Shown here one piece after another: positions 47,901 to 60,700 of a DNA stretch of 64,000 nt; position 1 is the stretch's first letter; the number at the start of each line of letters is the position of its first letter. The stretch covers positions 1 through 64,000 of the forward strand of contig OZ025793.1 in NCBI GenBank assembly GCA_964019425.1, read 5' to 3'. Below the pieces are notes generated by a model. It ran no database searches and was not told the origin of the DNA. It was given only the letters and a program-made list of their open reading frames with translations. A program made the position numbers and the translations under genes. The stretch comes from Flectonema sp. DT1601 (taxonomy: Eukaryota).

Positions 47901-50544
47901 TCACTTGGATACCGAAGTATCAATGGCTTACTATTCACAAGATGAATAATAACAAACACAACCAACGTAGCAACACACAGATGCAGGATGATGGTCGTTG
48001 ACAAAAGGCGCTGCTAAGAAGACACCTCAGTAGAAGAGTTAAGTCTTCAGAAAGTAGAAGTTTCGGTTTTCTTATGTTCGTCAACATTTGGCAACACAAT
48101 TAAGATTGGGAGGGTTTTTTTTTTTTTTTTTTTCTCGCCCATCTTAATTTCAACGACCATTTCCCTTTTCAGTTAGAAGTTGTAAATTTCCAATTTCCTC
48201 AAACAGCAACACAACATGAAGGATGCTATAATAAGAAACATGGATGGTTCACGGCTCTTGAATTCCGGTCGGCAAATGCACGACAGTCGAAACACGAAAC
48301 CCGACACGCACTCCTGTAGTACGTTTCGTTTGCTATTCGTTTCATCTTTACAAAAGGAAGTAAATATATAAAATTAAAGTCACAATGTATAACAAGGAAA
48401 GAGATGTTTTTAATGAAGTCTTCCTCTGTCTTGGCAGAAATATCTTTTTACACTTTCTTAGACAGCATCGAACAAAAGAAAGAAATAAAGATGTTCAGTT
48501 TTTCTTGCCCCAGGTAAAACACTTAATAAGTGTGCTGGGATTTGGTTGCATTTAAATTTATGTCACGTGCTGGCTGGTCAAAAAAGAACGAGAAACCAAG
48601 TCAGCATGTGTTTCTGAAATCAATTCCAATTCTTGTACGTTAAGAGATAAAAGAGAAGTAAGAAAAAAATAAAATAAATAAATAAATGTAGCAAATACTG
48701 TATGTATGCACCACAAAACATAAAATAATGTTAATAAGGGCACAGCAATTATTAGCGATTGGAAAGAAAGAAAATAAAAGGAATCGAATAGAATGTCAAA
48801 TCCAGGGGACCGAAATCCTCCCGGCTGTTAATGAAATCGAAAAGGTATCCCATAAAGGGTTTTTCCCATAAAGGGGTTTGGTTTACTGAATTAGAAAGCC
48901 ATGCATCTGAGCACCGACTCTTTCTGTCTTGAAATTCGTGTTTTCGCAACAAAACAAGAATAACAACCAACGATAGGGAAAAAAACAAACAAGCAAAATA
49001 AAAAAATAAAAAAAAAGAGAGAAGAAGACGACGCTGCTGGTGTTGCGCTCACTCAAACAATCAAAAAACAACATAAAAAATAGAATAATAAATGAGCGCC
49101 ATGGATGACAAGTATCAGCAACTTCTTAAACATGTTAAGCATTAGACATCAGTAAGTTTTGTATCTTTTTTAAAATTTTTGAATAAAAGAAAAATAATGA
49201 AAGGGGGGGAAAAGAGTGATGAGAAAAGAATAATAATAAAAAGGAACTATAAAAAACTAGAACGGTATCTCAGAATAAATTGTACCATAACGAGTTCGCG
49301 GTCTTGTCAACGATTCGCGACAGGACTTTCAAATACAAACACTCTCTCTGTTGCAATACTAAGAAAGGATATTAACAGGGAAAGAAAAACCAACTAACTG
49401 CTTTTCTGACGAAACTAAAAATTCAATTTGTGCGAGCTAGGTACACGAACAAAAAAAAACGTCAAAAAAAAAAAAAAGATTGGTTGAGCTTCCCATTCGT
49501 AATTACTTAGAATTCCGAATCAATTGTAATCGCGGCTGCTGTTCCAATAACTGTTTCTTAGTTAGCTATCGAAGTAGGAGAAGTAAACGTTACAGTTACA
49601 GGCAAGACCGAGAAAAGTAACGTCATTTGCAATACTTCTTCTTAAATACAAACAGCGCGTTATTAAATATATTATTTTCAATTGAATTGATTTGAACTTC
49701 TTCACAACAACAACAAGTTACCTCCTCGTCTTAGGAACAAACACTACGACGGGAAATACAAGACTTTGACGGGTATGTAGAAAAAAGACTTATTGTCTTC
49801 TACCATTCAGTCATGCAAAGGAATAGTAAAGAAGATTCATCTGAAGTCTGAAGGGACACAATATCAGAATCACTCTTCTCTCTTACCAATACGTAACTAG
49901 TACTATTTCATCTTGTGAAGGTCCAACAAGAACACTTGCCGAGAGAAGTTGGTTGTTTGCTTTTGGAAGGTAGCCTCTCGATGGTGAAAACCATCACAAA
50001 TAATATGAGAGGCTACTAACAGAAAGCTTTGGTGGTGACTGCCTCAGTAGAGAGGAGACGTTGACTGAACGACTACTGCACCAATTGTTGGGGAAATAAC
50101 AAAAAAAAAAAAAAAAAGGGTCATTATTAGACTCATATTTAAAAATATTTATGTAACCTGTACCAATTGGTTAGTCAGATTTAGAGTGCTCTGCTAAATT
50201 GATTTGCTTGGACACGACGTGTAGTAACAAAAGAAGGAGATACAGTACACCGGAAACACTATTCCGTTCTATAAGTATAACGTACTTCTTCAGTGCATCG
50301 TTAAGGAGTTTCTTGCTTGTACTCGACCTGCTACAGCCAAAGGGGGATAGCACGGTAAGGGATTCCGCCGTATTAATACGTCATTTATGTACGATTGCGT
50401 AAATCCAGAGAGTTTGGTTTGCGTCCTACGCGTGATAGTCAATAAAGTTGACAGTACAAACATAAAAAAAGATCAGTTCTGTTTTTTTTTTTAAATTCTT
50501 TTTTTTTCAATTGAAGAAAAGGTCAGAAGGAACAAGTTTTACAT

Positions 50545-50582
<38 letters not shown>

Positions 50583-53500
50583 TTTGATTCACAACGAGAG
50601 AGGAGGTTGAGAATATCATATTCAGAGTAGCTGAGGGACCAACTTTACTGAAGTACGAGAAATAACATTTATATCGAACCACACAAACTGGTCCAATAAG
50701 GGACAGCAGTGGAGTAGTGTGGAAATAATTAAATAGCAACCTGTGAATGATACTACCACTTACTCAAGAAGAATATCATAAGAAACATGAGTAAGAAAGT
50801 AGAATAACTAAACCCAATATCAGTTATATTACTGTCATTGTCAACGTTGAAGTGTAGAAAGAAAAAGAACTCCACAAAAGAAGTACTTTTATTTACTTCA
50901 CCCAATGCGATAATATAACTCTGGTAGACTGTTTGAAGTACAAAATAGGAAGTAAGACTCATTTTTATTTTTTTTATTTATAATTATAAATTATTTATTT
51001 TTTTTTTTCATGTTGTACTTTTTTTTTTTTCGTCTTTTGAATGTGAAGTGTAGAAAGAAATAAATAATCCCTAAAGTGGAGTATTTGTCTACTTCATTCA
51101 ATTGGCAGGAAGGAAGAAAAAAAGAGAGTTCATCCAAATATCATTCGCGCCATTTATGTCGTTTATTTTGTTCTCAGAACGTGAAGTGTAGAATGAAAAA
51201 GTGTTCTTTTCGTCGGAACAGCATTTTATTTCTTCGTTCAAGAAAGCACAGGTACAAAAAAGACAAAAAAAGAAAAAAATAAATAAGGTTTTCACTAAAG
51301 AATAAGAAACACAATTTAAATCTGATATATGTCCTTCGACTCTACCGATCTTGCAGAGTAGAAAAGGTTTTCGTTGAAACTTTTCATTTTGCAAAAAATT
51401 GTCGCAAAAACTATAACTTTTATGTTTTTTTTTTCTTTTTTTCTTTTTTTTTTTTTTGAACGTGAAGTGTAGAATTGAAAAAGTGTTTTACAACACTTAT
51501 ATTTTCTTCGTTCAAGAAACTATTACAATTACAGTGTGGGTTTTTGTCCGAAACGGAACATATTTTATTGACTTTTCGGGGGGTTCCCGATTCGCAGCCT
51601 CTCGTAAATAATTTGAAATTCAGAAATAGGAAGTCAGACAGGCCACCTAATCTGTTGTAAGGGTCGGCGGGAGGTGTCCTCTTAAAGGGACTGTGAGAGA
51701 ACTCTCTCTCGAGGTTAGTAAATTAACTGCTAATTGCTCACAAAGATTCACGGAAGGAGAACAAAAACCACACAAGCGGCTGTTGTGTAATTCCACAAAG
51801 AAAGCCATCACTAAAAAAGTCTCATGTGAAACAGCGAATTAGAATCGCAGCCAGATTATTGTACAGTTTTTATTATTATTATTATTTGTCATCAAAATAA
51901 GAACTCTTGGCAAGGGGGTCCAATGCTTTCGTAAGCAATCAAGAACAAGATCGGGAATGCATAAGCGGGAGCTTTCAAAGCAGAACCTAAATAATTATTT
52001 AGCAATAGATTCGGTTCCATTGTAGCACAAGGATAAGAACTATTGTTACAGAGACATCGTCGCCCTTAATCAGTAATTTTTCCTTGGAGTGAAGACAGGG
52101 GAATCTCGCAAGTAGACAAAGTAGAAAGAAGCACCACGTCACTAATAAAGTGCTGGTGCACAACTTTAATAAAATAATCAATCAAAAATCTGAAAATCTA
52201 AACGGAGGCTTTGCTTCACAGACAAAAATGTTTTTTGCGGCTAAAGCCACTCAGTCCATTGTGAGCGTTGCGCTCCAAACACGAGGCCAAAATAAGTCTT
52301 AATCTGCTTCCGGAGATAATGCGACAGTTACTTTATATAGACCGCGACTGACGCTAAAAGTAGTATCTCACGAGCAATAAAGAGACTTGATTGGGTGAGG
52401 TGAGAGGGAATTGTCGACACGACTACTGGCCCAAGGAGGAACTCAGTTTCTCTGTTTTTTTTTTTTTTTTTTTCTTTTTTTTTTCTGCTTCGAGGAAAAA
52501 GAAAATCGAGGAGGATCAGGAGGTTAATTTCAGTTCACCGACACCACTGTTTCGAGTGGCTACTTCGCAACTATTCTTTTATTATGAGGGGTGGGAGATG
52601 GGACACATATTTTCGTTTTTTTTCTTTCAAAAAAAAAAAAAAAAAAGTTTTCTGTTTTTTTCAGTGCGGGTTTTTTTTCTTCTTTTTCTTCTTCTTCTTC
52701 TTCCTCAAGGGGGAGAACGGTTTTTTTTTTTCATTTGTTAAATAAAAATAATACTGACCAACTATCAGTCACCAACACACCACAAATGGGATAGTCTACA
52801 ATAGACTAACGCGCGTAGCAGAGTTTACGAGCTGGAAATAGTTTGCAATCATCTGATACAAAATTAGGCATCAAGTTACCCGACTACATTCTCTTACTCA
52901 ACAAAGAGAAACAGGTCGATCGCTTCAATAGATAGTCGAGAACTTTAACTACAGGGAGTGAGACTCTCACTGATGAGAAATGACTTTAAATTACCTGTTA
53001 GTAAATACTCGAAGCAAACAGTATCAAGAGGCAGCTGAAAATACCAAAAATAAAAAAATAAAAAATAAAAAGTTTATTTTGGGTGTTTTTGCATTGTTGT
53101 GGTATTGATCACACAGATCAGATTCGTGGTCTTCACGAAGACTTCCGATGAAGCTGCGCAGCCCAACGAGTGCAACCAACTCTTACAGCAGGTAAAAAAA
53201 ACATAAATTTTGCGAGGGGAGTAACTTGAGGGGAGGGGAGGTACGGGGGGGGACAGGCTTCAACTATTTTATTTCACCAATTACAAATTCTCACTTTGGA
53301 GAACAAAAACCTTTTTTTTAAAAGAAAAAAATCACTATTTTTTCTCCAGAAATTACCGCGAGAAAGAAAAAAAAAATAAACATCCATCCAACAGAAATAT
53401 CAACGTTGGTTCGCCTGGACGACAGTCCCCCCAGACAGAGACTTGACAAATAAAATGGAAAAAGGGAAAAAAAAAAAACAACAATATTGAATAAGGAGAA

Positions 53501-54387
53501 CTGCCTTGTTGGATGAGAGCACATTACCAAAAAAGAAAGATTGGGCTCACTAAAACAACAAGACAACAAAAAAAAAACCTTAGAAAAAAAAAAACATAAG
53601 GCGTAGATAAAAAAAGAATTACCAAACTAAAAAGAACAACAACAAATTTTGGTATTGCGACACTAAAAACTTCTGTTTTTTTATGGAAACACAATATAAC
53701 ATAAAAAAAATGAAAAATCAGCTAGGTTTAGAGAAAGAAGCTTTTTTTTTTTTTCTTTTTTCTTTTTTCTTTTTTTCACAACGGCTTCTTTTTCTTTTGC
53801 TTGTAAGCCGAAGGGGACGTTTCAGTCCCCTGTAAGATTTTCTTTTTTCTTTTTGTTTTTGACCATGGAAAGACCATTTAGAAAAAAAAAAGCAAAATAA
53901 AAAGAGAAGAAAAAAATATAAAAAAAACACGCAAAAAAAAAGAATAGCTTTTTTTTAATTGTTGCAAAGGAGAGAGCTTTCTTTTTTTTTTTGGTTTGCT
54001 TTGTTTTTTTTTTTTTTTCTTTTTCCCCCTTCTTTTTTTTCCACACAACTTTCCCATGAAGGTAAACAAAATAAAGGAATCGTTTGAGAGCCAAGAATCT
54101 CAAGTTCGTTACCCTATTGAAGAAGCACTCATTCAACACCAGAAATTGCAATTAAAACAACATCAAGAAAGCACAGGGCGAAGTTCGAACCCATGTACTT
54201 TATTTATTCTTTTTTGCATAACTTCTTTTCTGGACTGAAGCTCTCAGAGTCCTGAATGCCAGTGCCCCTTCACATATATAAGAGATCAACTAAAAGAGAC
54301 GCAAGCTCTACAAAAACTTAATTTTATATAAAGAACAAGCAGGTTCTGCTGATAACTAGAAATAAATATCGAAGCAGGCAACTTGTC

Positions 54388-54892
54388 TCAGGTTTCAAAT
54401 TGATTTACCGATGCAGGTACGGCAGCGCTGTTTGTTTTTTTTTTTTCTCTTTTTTTTTTAAAATTTTTCAAAAAAAAAAAAAAAAAAAAAAAAAACATCT
54501 TGAATAACAATAAGGGACACATACCGAATCTTAGCACGAAGAGCATCGAGTTTGCGAGAAGATTTTTTGACGATGCGGATTTCGATGTCACTTCGGGGCT
54601 CAAGCATGAATGACACTCGTCTTTCACTGAGAGCACCTGACGTAGCACTTGAGGGAGTTAAAGGGAACGACATTGATGATCCTGAAGAACAAACTGAAAC
54701 AGTACTCGGGAACTTTTGACTTCTCTTCGCTCCAAATAACACGGATCCAGAACCTGAACTGTTCGGACTTGCCGGCATCTCCTTCCCTCTCGGCCTAGCA
54801 ATCCACGTCGCCTTATCCTCTCCTTCCTGCTGCGCCACTTTTAAGGATCGACATAACTTTACTCCCGAGCCAGATAGCTGACTGCGAGTCAT
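54388..54892 (-). CDS. Ser-rich hypothetical protein, two exons (54892-54525, 54427-54388), 135 aa
   Basis: ATG ORF. The GTATGT donor at 54524 and the AAACAG acceptor at 54428 join in frame to a TGA. Confidence 0.45.
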
Positions 54893-55220
54893 TTGTAAGT
54901 TACTCTAATGTTAGAATTAGAAATTTTAAAAAAAAAAAATCTGAAACCTGTACTATCTATCTGCTGTCATAGACTCCACACGACAGTGTTTGATACCTTG
55001 CTGCTGTTTAATAATAAATAAATAAGATGACTACTAATGGTACATCAACAACCAGTACCACTCACTTACCAGAAAAAGAAAGCACCGCACAGGTGAAACC
55101 ACTGGGGAGGAGGCAGAGCACTGATAACAACAAGAAGATTTCCTCTTTTTTTTTTTTTTTTTGTTCTTTGATATTTGTTCCTCCAACCCAACAAGCCCTC
55201 CCCAACCAAGTACCACAGTC

Positions 55221-55784
55221 TTAACGGTACGACTTGGCGTATCTCGATCTGGCTCCAGATCCTCCGAACTTCTTGGCCTCAGCACGACGTGGGTCGGCAA
55301 TGAGGAGACAACGATCGTAGGCAAGGTAAGAGTCCTTGATGGCTTGCTTGGACTGTTTGAATATTTTGTTTTGTACTAATTCAGTTCGTTGACCGACTGA
55401 TTAAAAAACAACGAGCTAAAATAAAAACACTTTTCTTTTATTAACCTCACTAATTAATAGAAACTAAAAGTGAACAACACATACTGGCTCATCAACGAAC
55501 TTCTGGTTGTATGAAACGATCGCCTTTGCCATGGCCTGTCTGATGGCGAAGATCTGACTAGTGTGACCTCCTCCTCTCACTCTGAGTCTCATGTCAACCT
55601 GCTTGAAGCTAGCCTTTCCGGCCAACAAGATTGGCTCCTGAAGCTTCAATCTGAGACCCTCTGGCTTGATGTTCATAAGAGGAACTCCATTAACACGAAT
55701 CATTCCCTTTCCTTTCTTACAAGTCACAACAGCAACCGCGTGCTTCTTCTTTCCGTAGGTCTGAACCTTTTGAACTCCGTCCAT
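55221..55784 (-). CDS. RPS16: 40S ribosomal protein S16 (uS9), two exons (55784-55485, 55352-55221), 143 aa
   Basis: Exon 1 [13 protein letters not shown]...[14 protein letters not shown]. Exon 2 [43 protein letters not shown]. 132-bp GTATGT..CAG intron. Confidence 0.97.
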
Positions 55785-56289
55785 GATTGCTACTTGTGAT
55801 ATATTCTGTGAATTGAGAGGATACCATTGTTAGACAAGTGAAAATGAACAAAAACAGCGCACAGCCACAGGCTTGCGCAACGAATCGTGACAAAAAGAGG
55901 AATTACTTGGAAAAAGAAAAAAGAAAGGAGAGGATGGTGCGGGGCCGCGATGCGCATTCGGACTCCCGATAGGTGTAGTTAAAAATTAAAAACAAACAAA
56001 AAGAAATGGAAAAAGAAAACAGGGTAGTAGCACCCATTCACTTACTTTTGAACGACAACAAGCTTACTTCATTTTACAGGACGAACCGAGGAGCGAGAAA
56101 ACGAAAACCACCAACCAACCAACCAAGGGGCGGCGGCATCCCAATTCTCACGCACGGATGGAATCGACTTCCTTGCTGACGAGTTCGGTCTCCGACTAGA
56201 TGACTTTACGGAAAAGCAGGTGGTGGAAGGTACTAAAACAATTAAGATTAGAGGCATATATGAGGTGATGATAAGTGTCGTGCGGTCGA

Positions 56290-57027
56290 TTACGGAAATG
56301 ACATTGACGGCGTTGGTGGAAGTGGAAGCTGCGTGGCATCAGCGCAGTTCTTCGAACAAGTGGACTCCTGGTGTGGACCCGATGGGCCTCGTTTACCACC
56401 ACCACCACCACCACCAACAACGATCTGCTTTGCATCGCAAACCGTGCCGGTCTCTCCTGAGTTCAACAACTTGCTAAAGACCCCGACGTACTTCCCAACC
56501 TTGGCCGGGCACACGACCTCCGTTCCGCTAAAGGTCTTGTGGTACACCAACATCGGATGGCTTGCCCCGCTGTTCTGGAACTTCGGCCCGCAGCTGCGAA
56601 CTTCCCATCCGTTGTCCACGAGACCATCGAATCCTCCGTTGATGTCCCCCGAGCAACCAGGGCAGTGGTAGGTTACGATGTAGAAGACGCATTTCTCTGG
56701 ATGGCAGTAGGAGCAATCCAGCATGATCGTGTCTCCGGTGCACGTGTCCTCCCCAAAGATACCCGAGGTCGGGACTCCGGGTGTCCCCAGATCTTGCGCG
56801 AAATCGTGGTACTTGCTCTCCAGGTGAGGTTGATTGTGCAAGAAATCGGGCACCATAGTAAGCGGGCTGTGCGATCCCCCAACAGTCAACGGCGCAGGCA
56901 AAGTGGGAAAGGTTTGCACTTCTGCGACTTGCGCCCCGTTGAGGTACACCATAGGGGAACACCCGCCCTGGACCCCTCCCAGCATTCCCACCAATATCAT
57001 TGACAACAAGGCTGCGTGTGCTTTCAT
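56290..57027 (-). CDS. Secreted cysteine-rich hypothetical protein, 245 aa
   Basis: Signal peptide MKAHAALLSMILVGMLGGVQG. Many cysteines (YHCPGCS...NGG...GW...CGP). Lies in a GC-richer coding block. Confidence 0.7.
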   Translation of the reverse strand: MKAHAALLSMILVGMLGGVQGGCSPMVYLNGAQVAEVQTFPTLPAPLTVGGSHSPLTMVPDFLHNQPHLESKYHDFAQDLGTPGVPTSGIFGEDTCTGDTIMLDCSYCHPEKCVFYIVTYHCPGCSGDINGGFDGLVDNGWEVRSCGPKFQNSGASHPMLVYHKTFSGTEVVCPAKVGKYVGVFSKLLNSGETGTVCDAKQIVVGGGGGGGKRGPSGPHQESTCSKNCADATQLPLPPTPSMSFP

Positions 57028-57553
57028 TTTCCTCTTGGTAAATTAAACTGTTGAGAAAAAGTACGGTTGTCGGACAAGGAAACGCAAAAAGAAACACGGG
57101 CACACACTTTCACCTTCAAGAGCAGAACCCCTCCTTTGTGAGAGGCATCACTCACCGCATCTTATATCCTGAAGATAGTGCGGGGACGCAATGGAAAGAA
57201 ACAAGTAGCCCACCACATCCTGCCAAGTAAGTCCATTTGCTGTTAAAGGAGGCACTAGTATAAAATAAAGGACAGTAGAAAGGTGACCTTCCACTGTTGA
57301 GTGGAACACAATCTCTGCAAGTGAGTGGCCTGCAGATGTGCAGGGTCACCCTATCGAAGACGCTTGCATCTTCACGAATTTCGACGAGTCTCATGTTGAT
57401 GAGCTCGCTTGCAAAAGATGCGGGTAAACTGTTTGATTTTGTACGTAAAATACAAATGTTTTGTATCATAAAAGACATAACGATAATTTAACATTAGTTC
57501 TGAGATACAGTGACTAGGTGTGATGCTTAACTTAGCCTTTTAAAGTAACTATT

Positions 57554-57609
57554 AGGTTTCGAGAGTAATCCATATACCTCTTACCTCTATTCTCTCATCA
57601 TCAGTATGG
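57554..57609 (-). ncRNA. Candidate hammerhead ribozyme, non-circularly permuted, in the 3' region of the Penelope-like element
   Basis: Minus strand reads CCAUA-CUGAUGA-U-GAGAG..AGGUA^UAUGG..CUCUC-GAAA-CCU. All core nucleotides are present, with stems I (5 bp), II (5 bp) and III (4 bp). Confidence 0.6.
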
Positions 57610-57782
57610 TGTAGAAGTAAGTCAATCATCTGTTGTGACTGAAGCATCTTAGTTAGCAAGACTAGGATGTAGTTACTTTGTTATAATGTTTATAAAAAAA
57701 AACATTCTTCTTGTTATTACTAGTTCGTAGCGCACTACTAGTGGAGCACTCTTCTACAATAAATGTAGAAAGTATAAGATGA

Positions 57783-60700
57783 TTAATTATCAAGATCTGA
57801 TGCATAATCTGATACATCTTCAAAATCATGTAAAACAGGAGTCGAAGGAGTATCTAAGATGTTCGTAACGTTCTCTTTATCTTCACTTTTAGGTGTGTTG
57901 ATATCTTCTTGTTTGGCTCGTTTCTTACGTACATCTTTTCTTAGTAGCGGCTGCATAGGACTTTCAGAATTTAATCTCTTTGTATATTTCGACTTCTCCT
58001 TCTTTTTTGCTGAAGCGACTAGCATCTTATTAACCTCAACTTTGATCTTGCGTTTACTTTTAGATCCGTTCTTATTCTCTAACTTTTTTCTCTTGTCCTT
58101 GTCCATGTATCCATTAAATTCGATTATTGGAATCGGACTTTCAGAATTTAATCTTTTGCGGGTATCTCTTTTTGGTGTAGTTAGTGTACTATCCTCTTTC
58201 TCAAGAATTTGTGTTACTAGTTTTGCACCTCTTTTAATAGACCGCATGTTTAGTTTCTTCTTCTCCTTGATGACCATTGTGATCTTGTTGGAGCCATCAC
58301 TGTTGTTAACTTCATACGTTGTATTATCATGATCCATGTAATATGGAAAGTCCTTTGAGGCTCTGAATATTGCGCATATGTGGACATGATCAATAATTGA
58401 TTTTTTAGTCTTGAAGCAATATTTACATTTCCTCTTGATATGCGTTGTATCTTTGTAGGATGGTTCTGACGAGGATGTTGTCGTTGGCACGTCGGTCATT
58501 GAGTTCTCAACTATTGTATTAACTTCTGTTGCCTTTTCTAGTTCAACATGCGACGTTGTCTCATCTTTCTTACTTCCGGTTTCATCTTTAAGTTGGGGAA
58601 GTATCTTACTAGATTCTTCATTGATAGGTTCCGATGTTTTATCCTTAATCTGCGTATGTGATTGCGTAATGACTTTAATTCTAGGGATAGTTGACTCGTG
58701 AGATCCATTATTGAAAGCTTTCTTTTTGGATTGCTTCATAGCATGTTTATGAGACAGTATATTGGACTTTTTGTTACGTTTTGAACAAGGTTCAAGGGTA
58801 TCACTTAAACTTTCCGGCATTGAAGTTACGGGGTTCATACTATCTTCTGTGTCTATGACAACAGTGTTATTTCGTGTTGCTGTTTTCGGAGTTGTAACTT
58901 TTAACGATGGTGCAGTGTATGTTGTAACAATCTTGTTAGGTTGCCTATTCATTGCTAAATCATAAATAAGCTCCCGATTGTGTCCATTCCAACAAGTTAG
59001 TGGTTCTTGTGGGACAATCTTGTTGGTTGTCGGAGTTTTGATTTTGCCTCCCGACTTTTGTTTTACCGGTGTTTCAAACACATGTCGATGTTCAGGTGTT
59101 TCTAAACACGGTGGTGATATAGCCTCAGTCGCAATGAGACTATTGTTTCTGACCTCCATATGAACATTAGTTTGTGGTGGTGAAGCAAGTTCGTTTGCGT
59201 TGATACTGTTGTTGTTGATCACTATAGGCATATGAATACCAGTCTGCGGTGGTGAAATATACTCGAATGTCTCGAGACTGTTGTTGTTAATTACCGTATG
59301 AACACCCGTATGTGGTGGTGCAATAGGCTCAATTATGTTGAGATCATTGTTATTGATCAACATATGTACATCCGTTTGTGGTGGTGATATCTCGTTGTAG
59401 CTATTGTTATCGACATCGGTAAGGCAAGTTTTATGAATTGAGTCGTTACTCTTTTTCTTGGGACTTATAAGAGTATCCACATGTGGTGGTGGGATGATGT
59501 CAATATCATATAGACTTCTGTTATTGACGGCAATCATCGTGTCAATATCAATATCCATCCGAGTTGGTGAAGTAACATCTGTTGGACTCTTAGTATCATG
59601 GATAGTTGGCGGTGAGATGGCAACAATGTCGTCCCCGTTGTGATAGACTTGTGGGGGTGAGATGGCAGCAATTGTATTTACTTTGTATATTCTCGGAGGT
59701 GATACCGCCATGATTTGACACCCAGATGAGCTGTGATATAGGTTACGAAAGTTTGGGATGGTTGGTATAATCTGCGGTGTTGCAATTATAAGTGTTGTAT
59801 TTTCGTAATTAAATTGTGTATCCGTATTATAAAGTGGACCAGTTAGAATAGTGGTCATTGGTGATTCCATATGTACATCGGTATTTGGTGTAGCATATTC
59901 CATATGACATAAGTTAGTATTCTGATTGGTGTTCAAGATATGATTGGGAAACTTAGTGAGCTTTGTGGTTCCACTTACAAAATCATTTGACTTTTGATCT
60001 TCAGAAGTTATGTAATCAGTGATGTCGAAGTGAGTATTAGATTTAGAAGCCTTGTTAGCAACAACTATTGCTTCCTTATCGTCCAAGTCCACATCTTGCT
60101 GACCTATTTTTGGATCTAGGTGTGTATCTATCTCTGGATCTTGAGTGACTTCCTTTGGATCTTGAGTGACTTCCTTTGGATCTTGAGTGACTTCCTTTGG
60201 ATCTTGAATGACTTCCTTTGGATCTTGAGTGACTTCCTTTGGATCTTGAGTGACTTCCTTTGGATCTTGAATGACTTCCTTTGGATCTTGAGTGACTTCC
60301 TTTGGATCTTGAGTGACTTCCTTTGGATCTTGAATGACTTCCTTTGGATCTTGAGTGACTTCCTTTGGATCTTGAGTGACTTCCTTTGGATCTTGAGTGA
60401 CTTCCTTTGGATCTTGAGTGACTTCCTTTGGATCTTGAATGACTTCCTTTGGATCTTGAATGACTTTCTTTGGATCTTGAATGACTTCCTTTGGATCTTG
60501 AATGACTTTCTTTGGATCTTGAGTGACTTCCTTTGGATCTTGAATGACTTTCTTTGGATCTTGAATGACTTTCTTTGGTTCTTGAATGACTTTCTTTGGT
60601 TCTTGAATGACTTCCTTATGAGTAGTATTTTCATTCGAAGATCCTAAATCCAATGGATCTGTGGCTTTAGCTGTTGTAGAGATATCATCCTCTTCAAATT

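Noticed and set aside
19651..54238. Numerous 60-145 aa ORFs rich in poly-K or poly-F
   Set aside because: They come from A/T homopolymer runs in intergenic or intronic DNA. Real small exons may exist there but cannot be supported.
60120..60647. WILSDFL and KIQRKS repeat ORFs
   Set aside because: Alternative frames of the 21-bp minisatellite in the PLE ORF.
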